Shown in pieces: positions 1-9,223 of a DNA stretch of 64,000 nucleotides. The translations under genes were made by a program, and so were the position numbers. The DNA lies in IMG/VR virus record IMGVR_UViG_3300021138_001972, positions 23,335 through 87,334 of that record; one strand, 5' to 3'. Position 1 is the first letter of the stretch. Each line of letters starts with the position of its first letter. Origin of the DNA: a virus. The notes below the pieces were generated by a model. It was not told where the DNA came from. It did no database searches and worked only from the letters and a program-made list of their open reading frames with translations.

Positions 1-127
1 GTGACATCTATAATGATCGCAGTCCTTACCCGCGCCACATAGACGTTGATTTTGAAACGTCTGCAGTCTGAGTGCGCCTTGGTAATTTTGTTATGATTTT
101 GTCATGGTTGAGCAATTAAATAGTCAC

Positions 128-241
128 ATGAACGACAGTAATGCCAACGTAGCCGTGTCAAGTGTATCTGTGGACGTGGAACAGATGACAGCCGCTGACC
201 AAACCAGGTTGATGTTGCTGTTGCTTGATGACCTGCTGTGA
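128..241 (+). CDS. small hypothetical protein (37 aa), probably leaderless
   Basis: ATG 128 to TGA 241 (MNDSNANVAVSSVSVDVEQMTAADQTRLMLLLLDDLL), just downstream of a TAAATA motif; not in the ORF track. Confidence 0.45.
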   Translation: MNDSNANVAVSSVSVDVEQMTAADQTRLMLLLLDDLL

Positions 242-259
242 TGGAGAATAAATATCGCC

Positions 260-751
260 ATGGGATTCGGATTTAGGATAGCACTGCTCAACCTCATACT
301 GCTGCTGTGTAGCCTTGGTGCCTTCTATTGGTATTACAACGATGTACAAGCCAGGGTACAGGGACTGATGGATGAGAAAGCCAGGCTTACCGTACAGGTA
401 GCCGAGCAGAAGCAGGCCATAGACACCCTGCAGGCACATGCAGCTGCACAAGCACAGCAGGTAACTGAACTACAGCAAGGTCTCAACGAAGCCACGCAGG
501 CACGCAGGGATCTGGAGAACAAGTTCAACAACCGCGACATTGCACAGTGGGGTAGACAGGATGCCCAGCAGCTGGAAGATCACATGAACACAGCCACTCA
601 GCGAGTGTTCCAAGATCTCGAGACTACCACTGGTGCCAAGCCTAGTAATAAACCGCTGCCTGCACCCAGCAAGGCGCAGGTCAAGAACGCACCAAAGAAA
701 CCGGGCACAGTAGAGCCCTTCAAGCAATTGGATGGAGTCAATGCTCAATAA
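260..751 (+). CDS. i-spanin (Rz-like)
   Basis: N-terminal TM helix then long coiled coil; GGAG RBS; overlaps a lipoprotein gene. Confidence 0.7.
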   Translation: MGFGFRIALLNLILLLCSLGAFYWYYNDVQARVQGLMDEKARLTVQVAEQKQAIDTLQAHAAAQAQQVTELQQGLNEATQARRDLENKFNNRDIAQWGRQDAQQLEDHMNTATQRVFQDLETTTGAKPSNKPLPAPSKAQVKNAPKKPGTVEPFKQLDGVNAQ

Positions 752-1094
752 GCTATCATTACTGATACTCGCAGCTCTGCCACTGGCTGCTTGCCAAACA
801 ACCACAGTGGAAACCAAACCCGTGCAGCTGACCATCATACAGCCTGTAGATCCTCAGCCAGTTGATCTGCTCAACGTGCATGTGAACGTGGTTACCAAGG
901 GCAATGTCAATGATTTCATTGCCAAGGCCGCCACGGATCAAGGCACAGATAATCCAGTGTTCGTGGTGTTGGGTACCAAGGATTATCAAGCGCTTAGCTT
1001 GAACATTGCTGAACTCAAACGTTACATAGAGCAGGAACAAAAAATCATAGCGTACTACCGCAAGGCTACTGCCCAGGCTGCACCTGCTAATTAA
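741..1094 (+). CDS. o-spanin (Rz1-like lipoprotein)
   Basis: signal peptide with lipobox LAAC; overlaps the 3' end of the i-spanin; start taken at ATG 741 after GGAG. Confidence 0.7.
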   Translation: MLNKLSLLILAALPLAACQTTTVETKPVQLTIIQPVDPQPVDLLNVHVNVVTKGNVNDFIAKAATDQGTDNPVFVVLGTKDYQALSLNIAELKRYIEQEQKIIAYYRKATAQAAPAN

Positions 1095-1132
1095 ACGAAA
1101 ATATAAATATCTCCGTAATAGCACGGAGCAAC

Positions 1133-2071
1133 TTGATGATCAAGAGACTGGGTCCAGATGATGAGGCCACGGCTGCCAAACAACCCAAGGCTATAGATGG
1201 CCTGCAGTTTGATAGCGATGACGATGGTAGCGATGATAACTTTGCTAACATCGGAGGCACAACTGCGCCGTCTGCTGCACCGTCTAGTAACACTGCAACC
1301 ACAACCAATACCAGCACTAACATAACCATCAACACTGCCCCAGCCACAGCAGCACCAGGTATGGTCCCAGGCATGTCTCAACCCGGAATGGTCGGCGGCA
1401 CTGCGCAACCAGGCATGGTAGGTGGCATGACCCCTGGTATCAGCGGAATGGCTCAGCCTGGCATGATGGGCAGTATGAGCATGACAGCTGCACCTCCTCC
1501 GCCCCTGGCGCCGGCGGCTGCTCCTGGTACGCAAGCATTCGGTGGTGCGACAGCAGCAGGTGGGTCAGTCACAGCCAGCACAGAGTACGAGATAGCAGGA
1601 CCGATCACCAATGCCATTGGCGCCAGTGATCTCGGTGCTATAGCAGATGTTGACAAGCAGATAGTGCATCGCAAGATGCTGCTGGAAGAAGCCCGCTTCC
1701 AGTTAGAAGAAGAACGTGAACGCCATCGCATGAAGATGGAGCTGCGCAAGGAACAGTTCCGCGAGGATGAATTGCGCAGGGATGAGGAAAAGGAAGACAA
1801 CAAGGAAGGTGAGCATTGGATGAAAGCCTATTGGCGTCCTGCCATGGGCTGGCTGTATATGGTCATCTGCATGTTTGATTTCATCATAGCACCCATGCTC
1901 AGCATGGCTATGCCATTGTTTCTCAAATATCTAGGTGCTGCTACCGTTGCCTACACGCAGTGGCAAAGCCTTACGCTCAGCAATGGTGGATTGATCCACT
2001 TGGCATTTGGTGCTATCCTTGGCGTGACTGCCTGGACCCGAGGTCAGGAAAAGATAGCCAAGATGGGTTAA
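1133..2071 (+). CDS. 3TM holin-family protein with low-complexity N-terminal extension
   Basis: C-terminal WRPAMGWLYMVICMFDF...HLAFGAILGVTAWTRGQEK membrane domain; (Q)PGM(V/M) repeats; next to spanins. Confidence 0.6.
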   Translation: MMIKRLGPDDEATAAKQPKAIDGLQFDSDDDGSDDNFANIGGTTAPSAAPSSNTATTTNTSTNITINTAPATAAPGMVPGMSQPGMVGGTAQPGMVGGMTPGISGMAQPGMMGSMSMTAAPPPPLAPAAAPGTQAFGGATAAGGSVTASTEYEIAGPITNAIGASDLGAIADVDKQIVHRKMLLEEARFQLEEERERHRMKMELRKEQFREDELRRDEEKEDNKEGEHWMKAYWRPAMGWLYMVICMFDFIIAPMLSMAMPLFLKYLGAATVAYTQWQSLTLSNGGLIHLAFGAILGVTAWTRGQEKIAKMG

Positions 2072-3543
2072 TCCCTGCAGAATACAGGGATACCGTACTC
2101 ACTGGTAAATGCTTCTGCATCTGACTCTGAGTTGACCAGGGGCTGACCTTTTATGTTCAAGCTGGTATTGACCAGCATGGGACATTCAGTCATGTTGTAC
2201 CAACGCACCAACAGCTCCCAGAGTTTGGGATGCTGATGCCGGCCCACTGTCTGCAGCCTGCTGGTACCATCCACATGCACGATGCCAGGAAACTGCTCAG
2301 GACTCTTGCAGCGCACGGTGTACTGCATGTAGCTATGATCCTGTCCCAGAATATCAAAGTAGCTGCCTGCCAGTTCTTCCAGTATCACTGGTGCGAACGG
2401 TCTGAAGCTCTCGCGCTTCTTGGCAGCATTCATCTTGTGCTTGATGTCTGGATCTCTGGGATCTCCCAGCAGGCTGCGGTTACCCAGCGCACGCGGGCCG
2501 AACTCTGCACGACCGTTGGCTATGCCGACCAGCTGTCCCATGCCCAGCACTGACAGCGCACGCTGCACAGGATAGTCACCCGTGATGTTGTGGCCAAGAT
2601 AGGGTCCGGTCCATTTGGTGTGCTCGCCATGGTAGGCCAGTGCTGCACCGAGGCTGTTGCCAGCATCGCCGGGATTTGGCATGATCCACACGCGGTCCCA
2701 GATATTGCTGTATACCAGCATGCTGTTGGTCACGCAGTTCAACGCACAGCCGCCGCTGAGCACCAAGTTGTTGCTGCCCACGAGGTCGCGAGCATAGGCA
2801 CAGATGCTGACCATGATGGTGGTGAATATCTGCTGTGCCGCAGCAGCGATGTCTGCTGCATTGGTCTCTTCAGGCAGCCACCATGCGCAGCCTCTGTGCA
2901 GGTTGTGCCGCAGCTTGAAGAAAGGCCAGCTGGCTGTGACTTCTATGAGGTCATCGCGCATCTGCTGCGCCAGCCGCTGCGGATCTCCCAGTGCTGCCAG
3001 GCCCATCATGATGTATTCTTCTTCGTTAGGTTTGAAACCGCAGCGCTGTGTCATAGCACTGTAGAACAGCCCGAGGCTGTTGGGATAGCTGATGCTGGCA
3101 CGCTTGTAGATCTCACTGTCACGACCTTCCCAGATGCTGAGCGTGTCCCATTCGCCTATGGCATCAACTACCACGATGGCAGCGTCCCCGAAGCCACTGG
3201 TATAGAAACCACCGGCTGCATGGCTGTGATGATGGCTCACGGTCTTGATAGGAATGTGCTCGAGAAAGTTACCCTTGAGCTGTTTGCGTATGCTGGGTCC
3301 AAATGCGTCATCCCACTGCCCAGTATAGGCAGCGCGAGTCCTCAGCAGCCATGGTTTCTCATGCCATATCAACAGATCTGGTTCGCCGTGTGTGAATGCT
3401 TCTCTGATCAGAGGCCAGCAGAGATTGGGATCGTTCTTGGATCTGCTGTAGCGCTCGGCATGTGCAGCAAACGCTATCTCGCCATTGCGTAACACGCTAA
3501 CTGCTGCATCGTGCCCGCCTGCTGATATGCCCCAGATTATCAT
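2068..3543 (-). CDS. carbamoyltransferase (NodU/CmcH/TobZ family)
   Basis: HDAAV, ERYSRSK, HHHSHAA, DAIGE, GGCALNC, EFGPRALGNRS, RPFAP, HVDGTSRLQTV and NTSLN motifs. Confidence 0.95.
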   Translation of the reverse strand: MIIWGISAGGHDAAVSVLRNGEIAFAAHAERYSRSKNDPNLCWPLIREAFTHGEPDLLIWHEKPWLLRTRAAYTGQWDDAFGPSIRKQLKGNFLEHIPIKTVSHHHSHAAGGFYTSGFGDAAIVVVDAIGEWDTLSIWEGRDSEIYKRASISYPNSLGLFYSAMTQRCGFKPNEEEYIMMGLAALGDPQRLAQQMRDDLIEVTASWPFFKLRHNLHRGCAWWLPEETNAADIAAAAQQIFTTIMVSICAYARDLVGSNNLVLSGGCALNCVTNSMLVYSNIWDRVWIMPNPGDAGNSLGAALAYHGEHTKWTGPYLGHNITGDYPVQRALSVLGMGQLVGIANGRAEFGPRALGNRSLLGDPRDPDIKHKMNAAKKRESFRPFAPVILEELAGSYFDILGQDHSYMQYTVRCKSPEQFPGIVHVDGTSRLQTVGRHQHPKLWELLVRWYNMTECPMLVNTSLNIKGQPLVNSESDAEAFTSEYGIPVFCRD

Positions 3544-3582
3544 TTTTCTCTCACTGCGTTTTTTATTATGTAAGTATACTGC

Positions 3583-4785
3583 ATGAACAAGATATATCTA
3601 CTATACCATAGCCTATTTCAAGGCGTGCCAAGTTTAAACTGGCTACCCGCTCATATCGAGATGGATGGTACTGAATTACACGAGGGACTCTGTCACGATC
3701 CTCTGTTTGAGTTCAAGGACATATCTAAAGTCGCTTCGCAAGATAACTGGTTATATGAGCTAAACTATTTTTTCACACCTCAGGATTTTACAGATGACTG
3801 TACCATACTAGATAGAATAGTACATGATCAAAAATTAATGGAAGGTTTGCATCAAGGCAAGGGCAAAGTCTTGGTCAATCTCATGCATGAAGGATATTTT
3901 CCAGAACTCGTTGAACAGATGATTGGATTCTTACGCAGCAAAAACATACCGGATAATGCAGTGATATGCGCGTCTGGCGCTGCCAATGCGGCAGACATAT
4001 TCCCTGCACGAGGTATGATATACCAGACTATTTCAACTAGATATTTTGAAAGCAGAAGCACTAGATGGATAAAGTGGGGAAATTTCTCTAGACAGCTTCG
4101 ATCAAATGTTTCACGTAGATTTATCTGTTTCAATCGGCGTTTTCGATCACACAGATTACAGTTATTGGCATATCTACATGAAGCAGATGTGTTAGACCAA
4201 TTCTATATAAGTTTTGGTCGCAGCGTGGAGGGTCTGGATGCCAAGCAGAGCGCAAGAGATTTTTGTAGAGATTTACCAGATGTGGAAAAAGTGATTAAGA
4301 ACATTGATGCACTGTATGATAGATTGCCTTTCATCTTGGACAACAGTGTGTTAGATTACAATCTAGTAGATGAACACTTCAACAAAAACGTATTGCAGCT
4401 ATATGCAGATAGCGGTATCAGTGTCATTTCAGAGACTCTGTTCCACACAGATTCCATCTTCCACTCAGAAAAAACCTATCATCCCATGCGCTATTGCCAA
4501 CCTTTCATAATGGTCAATGCATCAGGCAGCTTAGCAACATTGCGCAGGGACGGTTATCGCACGTTTGGCGATTTCTGGGATGAAAGCTACGACGATATCA
4601 AGGATCACCATGCACGCATGCAGGCTATCATACAGCTGATTAAAGAAATAGCAGCTTGGTCAGATTCAAAATTTAAACAGTTTTTGATAGATAGCAGAGA
4701 GATCTGTTTGCACAATCTTCGCCTGCTTGAATCATGCCACGATCGCCTTGATTATATTGCTGATATTTCTAAGATATTTGATTAA
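3583..4785 (+). CDS. uncharacterised GT-like phage protein (paralog 1)
   Basis: CFNRR..HR, SETLF..SEKTYHPM..QPFI, GYRTFGDFWDESYD motifs shared with 7912-9123 and 11137-12396; AT-richer and on the opposite strand to its neighbours. Confidence 0.7.
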   Translation: MNKIYLLYHSLFQGVPSLNWLPAHIEMDGTELHEGLCHDPLFEFKDISKVASQDNWLYELNYFFTPQDFTDDCTILDRIVHDQKLMEGLHQGKGKVLVNLMHEGYFPELVEQMIGFLRSKNIPDNAVICASGAANAADIFPARGMIYQTISTRYFESRSTRWIKWGNFSRQLRSNVSRRFICFNRRFRSHRLQLLAYLHEADVLDQFYISFGRSVEGLDAKQSARDFCRDLPDVEKVIKNIDALYDRLPFILDNSVLDYNLVDEHFNKNVLQLYADSGISVISETLFHTDSIFHSEKTYHPMRYCQPFIMVNASGSLATLRRDGYRTFGDFWDESYDDIKDHHARMQAIIQLIKEIAAWSDSKFKQFLIDSREICLHNLRLLESCHDRLDYIADISKIFD

Positions 4786-6725
4786 ACTAATTTCAGCTGC
4801 GCTTTGCCAAAGTTTCGGCGCCTTGCGTAGTATATGTTCTGCAGAAACACCTGCAGAGACATGGTACGATCTTCTGGAAAATCCACCACGTATGCATCAT
4901 ATCTATTAGACAGCGGTTGATCTGATATGACATGATCCAAGAGATTGCTGTCAGTATGCAACTGCATAGGGTACAGTGTGATACGGTCATATCGCACCAC
5001 ATAGGCCTCGGTAATCTTTCTCAGATCCAGCAAGGGCCTGATCATGTTTCCAGTGGGCAGAGCAGGCTCAAGCAGGTGTCCATATGTTTCTTCAACGTAC
5101 ATCTCCACAGCTGAGCAATACCTATGGTAGCTGCGGTCAGCATGCATGCGTAGATTGCTAAGATGTATGAGATTCCATCCATGTATCCTAACCCCAGCTA
5201 TTGGATCAACTGAGATGCTGCCAGTGGTCATCCAGCTGCGATATGCGTCCATAACAAGATCTCGTTCACTGCGCCACCAGGCTGCATTCTGTTCAAGCCA
5301 TGTTTGGAATCCAATGTAGAATTCCTCGTAGCTTACAGCGCATGCCTTGCGCAAGAACCTACTATACCATTGGCTGATGCCATTGATGTGCCAGGTGTTG
5401 ATGAACCAGCTGAACTCTTGGCAAGACAGCATGTTGTCAAGAGGCAGGTCTCGAGTGCTGGTCACTACTTCCACACCTTCTAATATAGCATCGCCCTCAT
5501 CGTTGCCACTAAGATAATCATATACGGTAATGCTTGTGATGCTATTGGACTCACGCTGTGTGAGATTCATCTCAGCATTCTCCAACAGCTGTGCTTGGAA
5601 GAATTCTATGCCGCTGTGTTGATTGATCTCCAACAGGCCCCAGACATTTCTACGCCAACTGTCTACAGTCTCACCAGGTAAGCCCAGTATCAGTTCGGTG
5701 TTGACCGTGATGCCTTCGCGTTGGCACAGATCAAACACCTCGTTCAGCCGATTGATCTCTAGGTTCTTGCGCTTTATCTCACCGAGCACATGGTCGTCTA
5801 GGCTCTGCACGCTCAGAGTTAACCCATTGTTGAACCCGCGAGCAGTCAGCTTCTTGGCCAGCTTGACCACATCTGCCTTTTGGTTCTTGGCCCAACTGAG
5901 CCCCATGCGACGCGGATAGCCGAATCGATCCTGCGTCCCTATGACTTTCTCCACTATTAGATTATCGCGTTCGATGAACATGCCAAAGTTGGCATCTGTG
6001 ATGCTCATCCAATCGCACTCATGCTCGCCCATCCACTCTATCTCTGCAAACACCCGCTTGAGATCAAACTGCTTGACCTTGTTGTAGGTGAGGCTGCCCC
6101 AGTCACAGAAGGTGCACTGATAAGGGCAACCTCTGTTGGTCTCCAACGTGGCATTCCAAGTTACCGTGGGATTGTCAGCCATGATGCCATCAAACACGCC
6201 TGTGGTATAGGGGCTGGGGATCTGATCCAATCGGTCTATGCGCACTGCTGTGCCAGTGTCTACCACACGACCTTGGTCGTTCAGCAGCAGGCCTCTGACC
6301 GTGGGCAAAGCACCATGGTGCAGCAGATCAGCAAACGCTACCTCACCCTCCTTCTTGACCACTGCGTCAATGAAAGGATAGTGTTGGAATATGTCTGTGC
6401 TTTCCACGGGAGGTTCTGGTCCACCAAACACGATCTGGCAACGAGGATTATAGTCCTTGATCCTGCGAGCCAACTGGTAGTTGTAGCTTTTGTTCCAGAT
6501 GTAGGTGCTGAAACCTATTGTATCACAGTCTGCCAGCTGCTTGTACACAGATTCTATGGGATCGCGTCGCCACACCAGCTGGTCCAGATGCCAGCGTTCG
6601 GTGATCAGGCTCATCCGGCTGGCGTAGGCCCACAGCACGCCTGCGCTGTAAGGTAGGTAGTAGGCATTTAACTCGCGCGGACCCTGTGCGAAATTTGGCT
6701 GCACAAGGTTGAGCCTGCGTGTCAT
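4782..6725 (-). CDS. cobalamin-dependent radical SAM enzyme
   Basis: N-terminal B12-binding region (FSTYIWN..VFGGPEP..KEGE); ETNRGCPYQCTFCDWG; ELILGLPGET. Confidence 0.9.
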   Translation of the reverse strand: MTRRLNLVQPNFAQGPRELNAYYLPYSAGVLWAYASRMSLITERWHLDQLVWRRDPIESVYKQLADCDTIGFSTYIWNKSYNYQLARRIKDYNPRCQIVFGGPEPPVESTDIFQHYPFIDAVVKKEGEVAFADLLHHGALPTVRGLLLNDQGRVVDTGTAVRIDRLDQIPSPYTTGVFDGIMADNPTVTWNATLETNRGCPYQCTFCDWGSLTYNKVKQFDLKRVFAEIEWMGEHECDWMSITDANFGMFIERDNLIVEKVIGTQDRFGYPRRMGLSWAKNQKADVVKLAKKLTARGFNNGLTLSVQSLDDHVLGEIKRKNLEINRLNEVFDLCQREGITVNTELILGLPGETVDSWRRNVWGLLEINQHSGIEFFQAQLLENAEMNLTQRESNSITSITVYDYLSGNDEGDAILEGVEVVTSTRDLPLDNMLSCQEFSWFINTWHINGISQWYSRFLRKACAVSYEEFYIGFQTWLEQNAAWWRSERDLVMDAYRSWMTTGSISVDPIAGVRIHGWNLIHLSNLRMHADRSYHRYCSAVEMYVEETYGHLLEPALPTGNMIRPLLDLRKITEAYVVRYDRITLYPMQLHTDSNLLDHVISDQPLSNRYDAYVVDFPEDRTMSLQVFLQNIYYARRRNFGKAQLKLV

Positions 6726-7888
6726 GCGCTGGGAATTTCTCTGGTGTTGCCATATGGTATGTAGTCAATGCCCTCGGGCACCTTGGAGCTCCGCCACGGA
6801 TCTACTACCACGCTGCCCTGTGCCATCTGAGATAGCTGAGCTGTGTAATATCCCTGATGCGCCAGCAGATAGGCTGATGGTTCTGACGCTATCTCATCAT
6901 ACGCAACCGTTGCTCCCAGCTGTTCACAGTAGTATCCTACCAGCAGGCTGTAGCTGCCATCCGTATATGATACTCCGGGTTTGAAGCTCTTGCCCAGTAT
7001 GATCACTGGCAGCTTATGGCTGGCCAATTCTCGAGCCAGATTCTCTGCTTGCACTTCGCGGGCACGCATGATGCTGTCAAACAGATCATAACCTAACTTG
7101 AGCTTTTCAGCCATGTGGCGCAGTGCTATGTTGTCTCTGGGATGGCAGGGGCCGCCGTCTCCCATGCCTGGTTTCATGTAGGCAGGTCCTGTGATGCGAT
7201 AGCTGCTCTCGCTCAGTGCCCTGGCTACCACGTCCACATCCATGTTGCCGATGCGCTCTGCCACGTCCTGTATCATGTTGACCAAGCTCAGCTTGGCTGA
7301 GATGAAGGTGTTGTAGAATATCTTGGTGCTTTCCATCTCTTCCCAGGTACCCGTGACCATGCGAGGTGAGTTCTGCATCAGTGGTTTGTAGAACTGCATC
7401 AGCTGTTCCACTGCCATGTCGACACGCCCAGTAGCGTTGCCTATCATCACCATCTCGGGATTGACCATGTCGTGGGCCACAGTGCCCATGGCTATGAGAT
7501 AGGGATTATAGATCAAGCTGGCCTTGGTCAGATGCTTGGCCAGCTGTCGTCGAACCGTGCCGGGCAGCACCGTGCTGATCAGCACCACCGTCTTGCCATC
7601 AGCGTCCAGCTTATCCAGCTGATCCAACACACTAATAACCGTGCTGTAATCGAAATCCTTGTTGGGCAAGTGGCTGGTTGGTGCGCTGCCGTCGTACTGT
7701 GGATCATGCGGTGTCTGCACTGCTATGAATATTATGTCACCGTGTGCGACTATCTGTTCCAGCGTGCCCTGCCTTACCATCTGCGTGCTCACTGGTCGCA
7801 CATCCATGCCCATGACATCATGTACCCGTGCCATGGCCTCTGCCACCGGCAAGCCCAGCTTGCCTAAACCTATAACGCTTGCTTTCAT
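6722..7888 (-). CDS. UDP-glucose/GDP-mannose dehydrogenase family
   Basis: GLGKLG Rossmann motif, STVLPGT, KIFYNTF, GDGGPCHPRD catalytic Cys, SFKP. Confidence 0.9.
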   Translation of the reverse strand: MKASVIGLGKLGLPVAEAMARVHDVMGMDVRPVSTQMVRQGTLEQIVAHGDIIFIAVQTPHDPQYDGSAPTSHLPNKDFDYSTVISVLDQLDKLDADGKTVVLISTVLPGTVRRQLAKHLTKASLIYNPYLIAMGTVAHDMVNPEMVMIGNATGRVDMAVEQLMQFYKPLMQNSPRMVTGTWEEMESTKIFYNTFISAKLSLVNMIQDVAERIGNMDVDVVARALSESSYRITGPAYMKPGMGDGGPCHPRDNIALRHMAEKLKLGYDLFDSIMRAREVQAENLARELASHKLPVIILGKSFKPGVSYTDGSYSLLVGYYCEQLGATVAYDEIASEPSAYLLAHQGYYTAQLSQMAQGSVVVDPWRSSKVPEGIDYIPYGNTREIPSA

Positions 7889-7911
7889 ATGATGGTCCTC
7901 TTGATTTTATA

Positions 7912-9123
7912 TTATGCCACGAATTCTTGCCAGATCGCAAGTAGTCGTTGATAGTCCTTGCTGTTTTCCCAGTGCTGCCATGCTAATCTATGGTTGTGTC
8001 GCAGCGCAGGTTCTGCGCGGGCAAACCATGCAGGCAGGTCCTGTATCTCATTGAGCTTGGCTATCTGCTCTACGATGGCATCGATTCTCGCCACAGTGTC
8101 CAAATGGTCATAGCTCTCATCCCAGAGCATGGGAAAAGTCTGGAAGCCCAGCTCGCGCAATCTGTGCAGAGTGCCAGGGTTGCCCAGGACCATGAATGGG
8201 CTGCTGCACAGCATGGGTTTGAACACCTTCTCGCCTATCAGCAGCTGATCATTGCCCACATAGGTCTCGGTTATCACGCTAAACCAGCTGCGCAGATAGA
8301 TATCTTCGTTGAGATCATTGAAATGGTTAACGGTGAAATCAGTCTTGTCTACTGTCATGGGCAGCACACTCTGCACGCGGCGCACTAGGCTATCGTCCAA
8401 CAGCGTGCCATCTGGCAGCGCAGGCACGTCAGTGAAGCTGTCCATGCTGATCAAGCCCTGCGGCACCAAACCCTGCTCAAACAGCTTGAGGAACAGCCAA
8501 CGGCGATGCGGATGCAGCACCCTGTTAAGACAGTTGTAGAGCTTGGTATCGCTGTGTTTGGCCTGCAGCCATTGATCATAGCTCAGGGGTACCGTGCCAC
8601 GGCGTCCAAGCATGTCAGTGATAGCATGCAGATTGAACAGGGTACTGAGCACCTGCATCTGTGGTTCTACGCCATTGAAATCACACCAAGAAATATGAGA
8701 TTTTTCCGCTAAATGATCGCTGGTCATGTATATGATATTCTTGGCTGCTACGGCCCAGCGTGACGCTGTAGCATAGAACCAACTCCACAGATCAGGATCA
8801 GCGTTGCCTTCCTGGCTCTGATCAAATATCAGCAGCACCCTGCCGCGCTGTGCATCCCGCAGCACTGCCTCGGGCAGATAGCTCAGCGGGTCTTGGGCCC
8901 ACTGAGCAGGTCTATGGAAGCAGCCAATGGGAAACACATAGTGCCTTGGCCGATTGGCCACGCTGTAAGCGGGCCAGTCTGTGGTAAGCTGTGCATGCAC
9001 CCAAGAATCATGCAAGGGCCTAATGCCTTCGGTGGCCCACTGGTTACAGGCCAGCAGATTGCGACGATTGTCAAGGTCTTCATAGACCATGCTGGGTGCT
9101 CTCATCTGCAGCAGCTGTGGCAT
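7912..9123 (-). CDS. uncharacterised GT-like phage protein (paralog 2)
   Basis: NCLNR..HR, SVITET, EKVFKP..PF, GFQTF..WDESYD. Confidence 0.7.
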   Translation of the reverse strand: MPQLLQMRAPSMVYEDLDNRRNLLACNQWATEGIRPLHDSWVHAQLTTDWPAYSVANRPRHYVFPIGCFHRPAQWAQDPLSYLPEAVLRDAQRGRVLLIFDQSQEGNADPDLWSWFYATASRWAVAAKNIIYMTSDHLAEKSHISWCDFNGVEPQMQVLSTLFNLHAITDMLGRRGTVPLSYDQWLQAKHSDTKLYNCLNRVLHPHRRWLFLKLFEQGLVPQGLISMDSFTDVPALPDGTLLDDSLVRRVQSVLPMTVDKTDFTVNHFNDLNEDIYLRSWFSVITETYVGNDQLLIGEKVFKPMLCSSPFMVLGNPGTLHRLRELGFQTFPMLWDESYDHLDTVARIDAIVEQIAKLNEIQDLPAWFARAEPALRHNHRLAWQHWENSKDYQRLLAIWQEFVA

Positions 9124-9223
9124 GTATTACCTATAGATGAACGGATCGCGCGATCGCAATGCTGCCAAACGCTTCTTATAGGCACGGCGTTGCTTAAAAC
9201 GATGCCAAGGTGTTAACAGCCAA

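Noticed and set aside
2590-3492. Long antisense ORFs (also 18755-19504, 33183-34520 and many short ones over tRNAs)
   Set aside because: They are shadows of real genes on the opposite strand, with no motifs or start signals.
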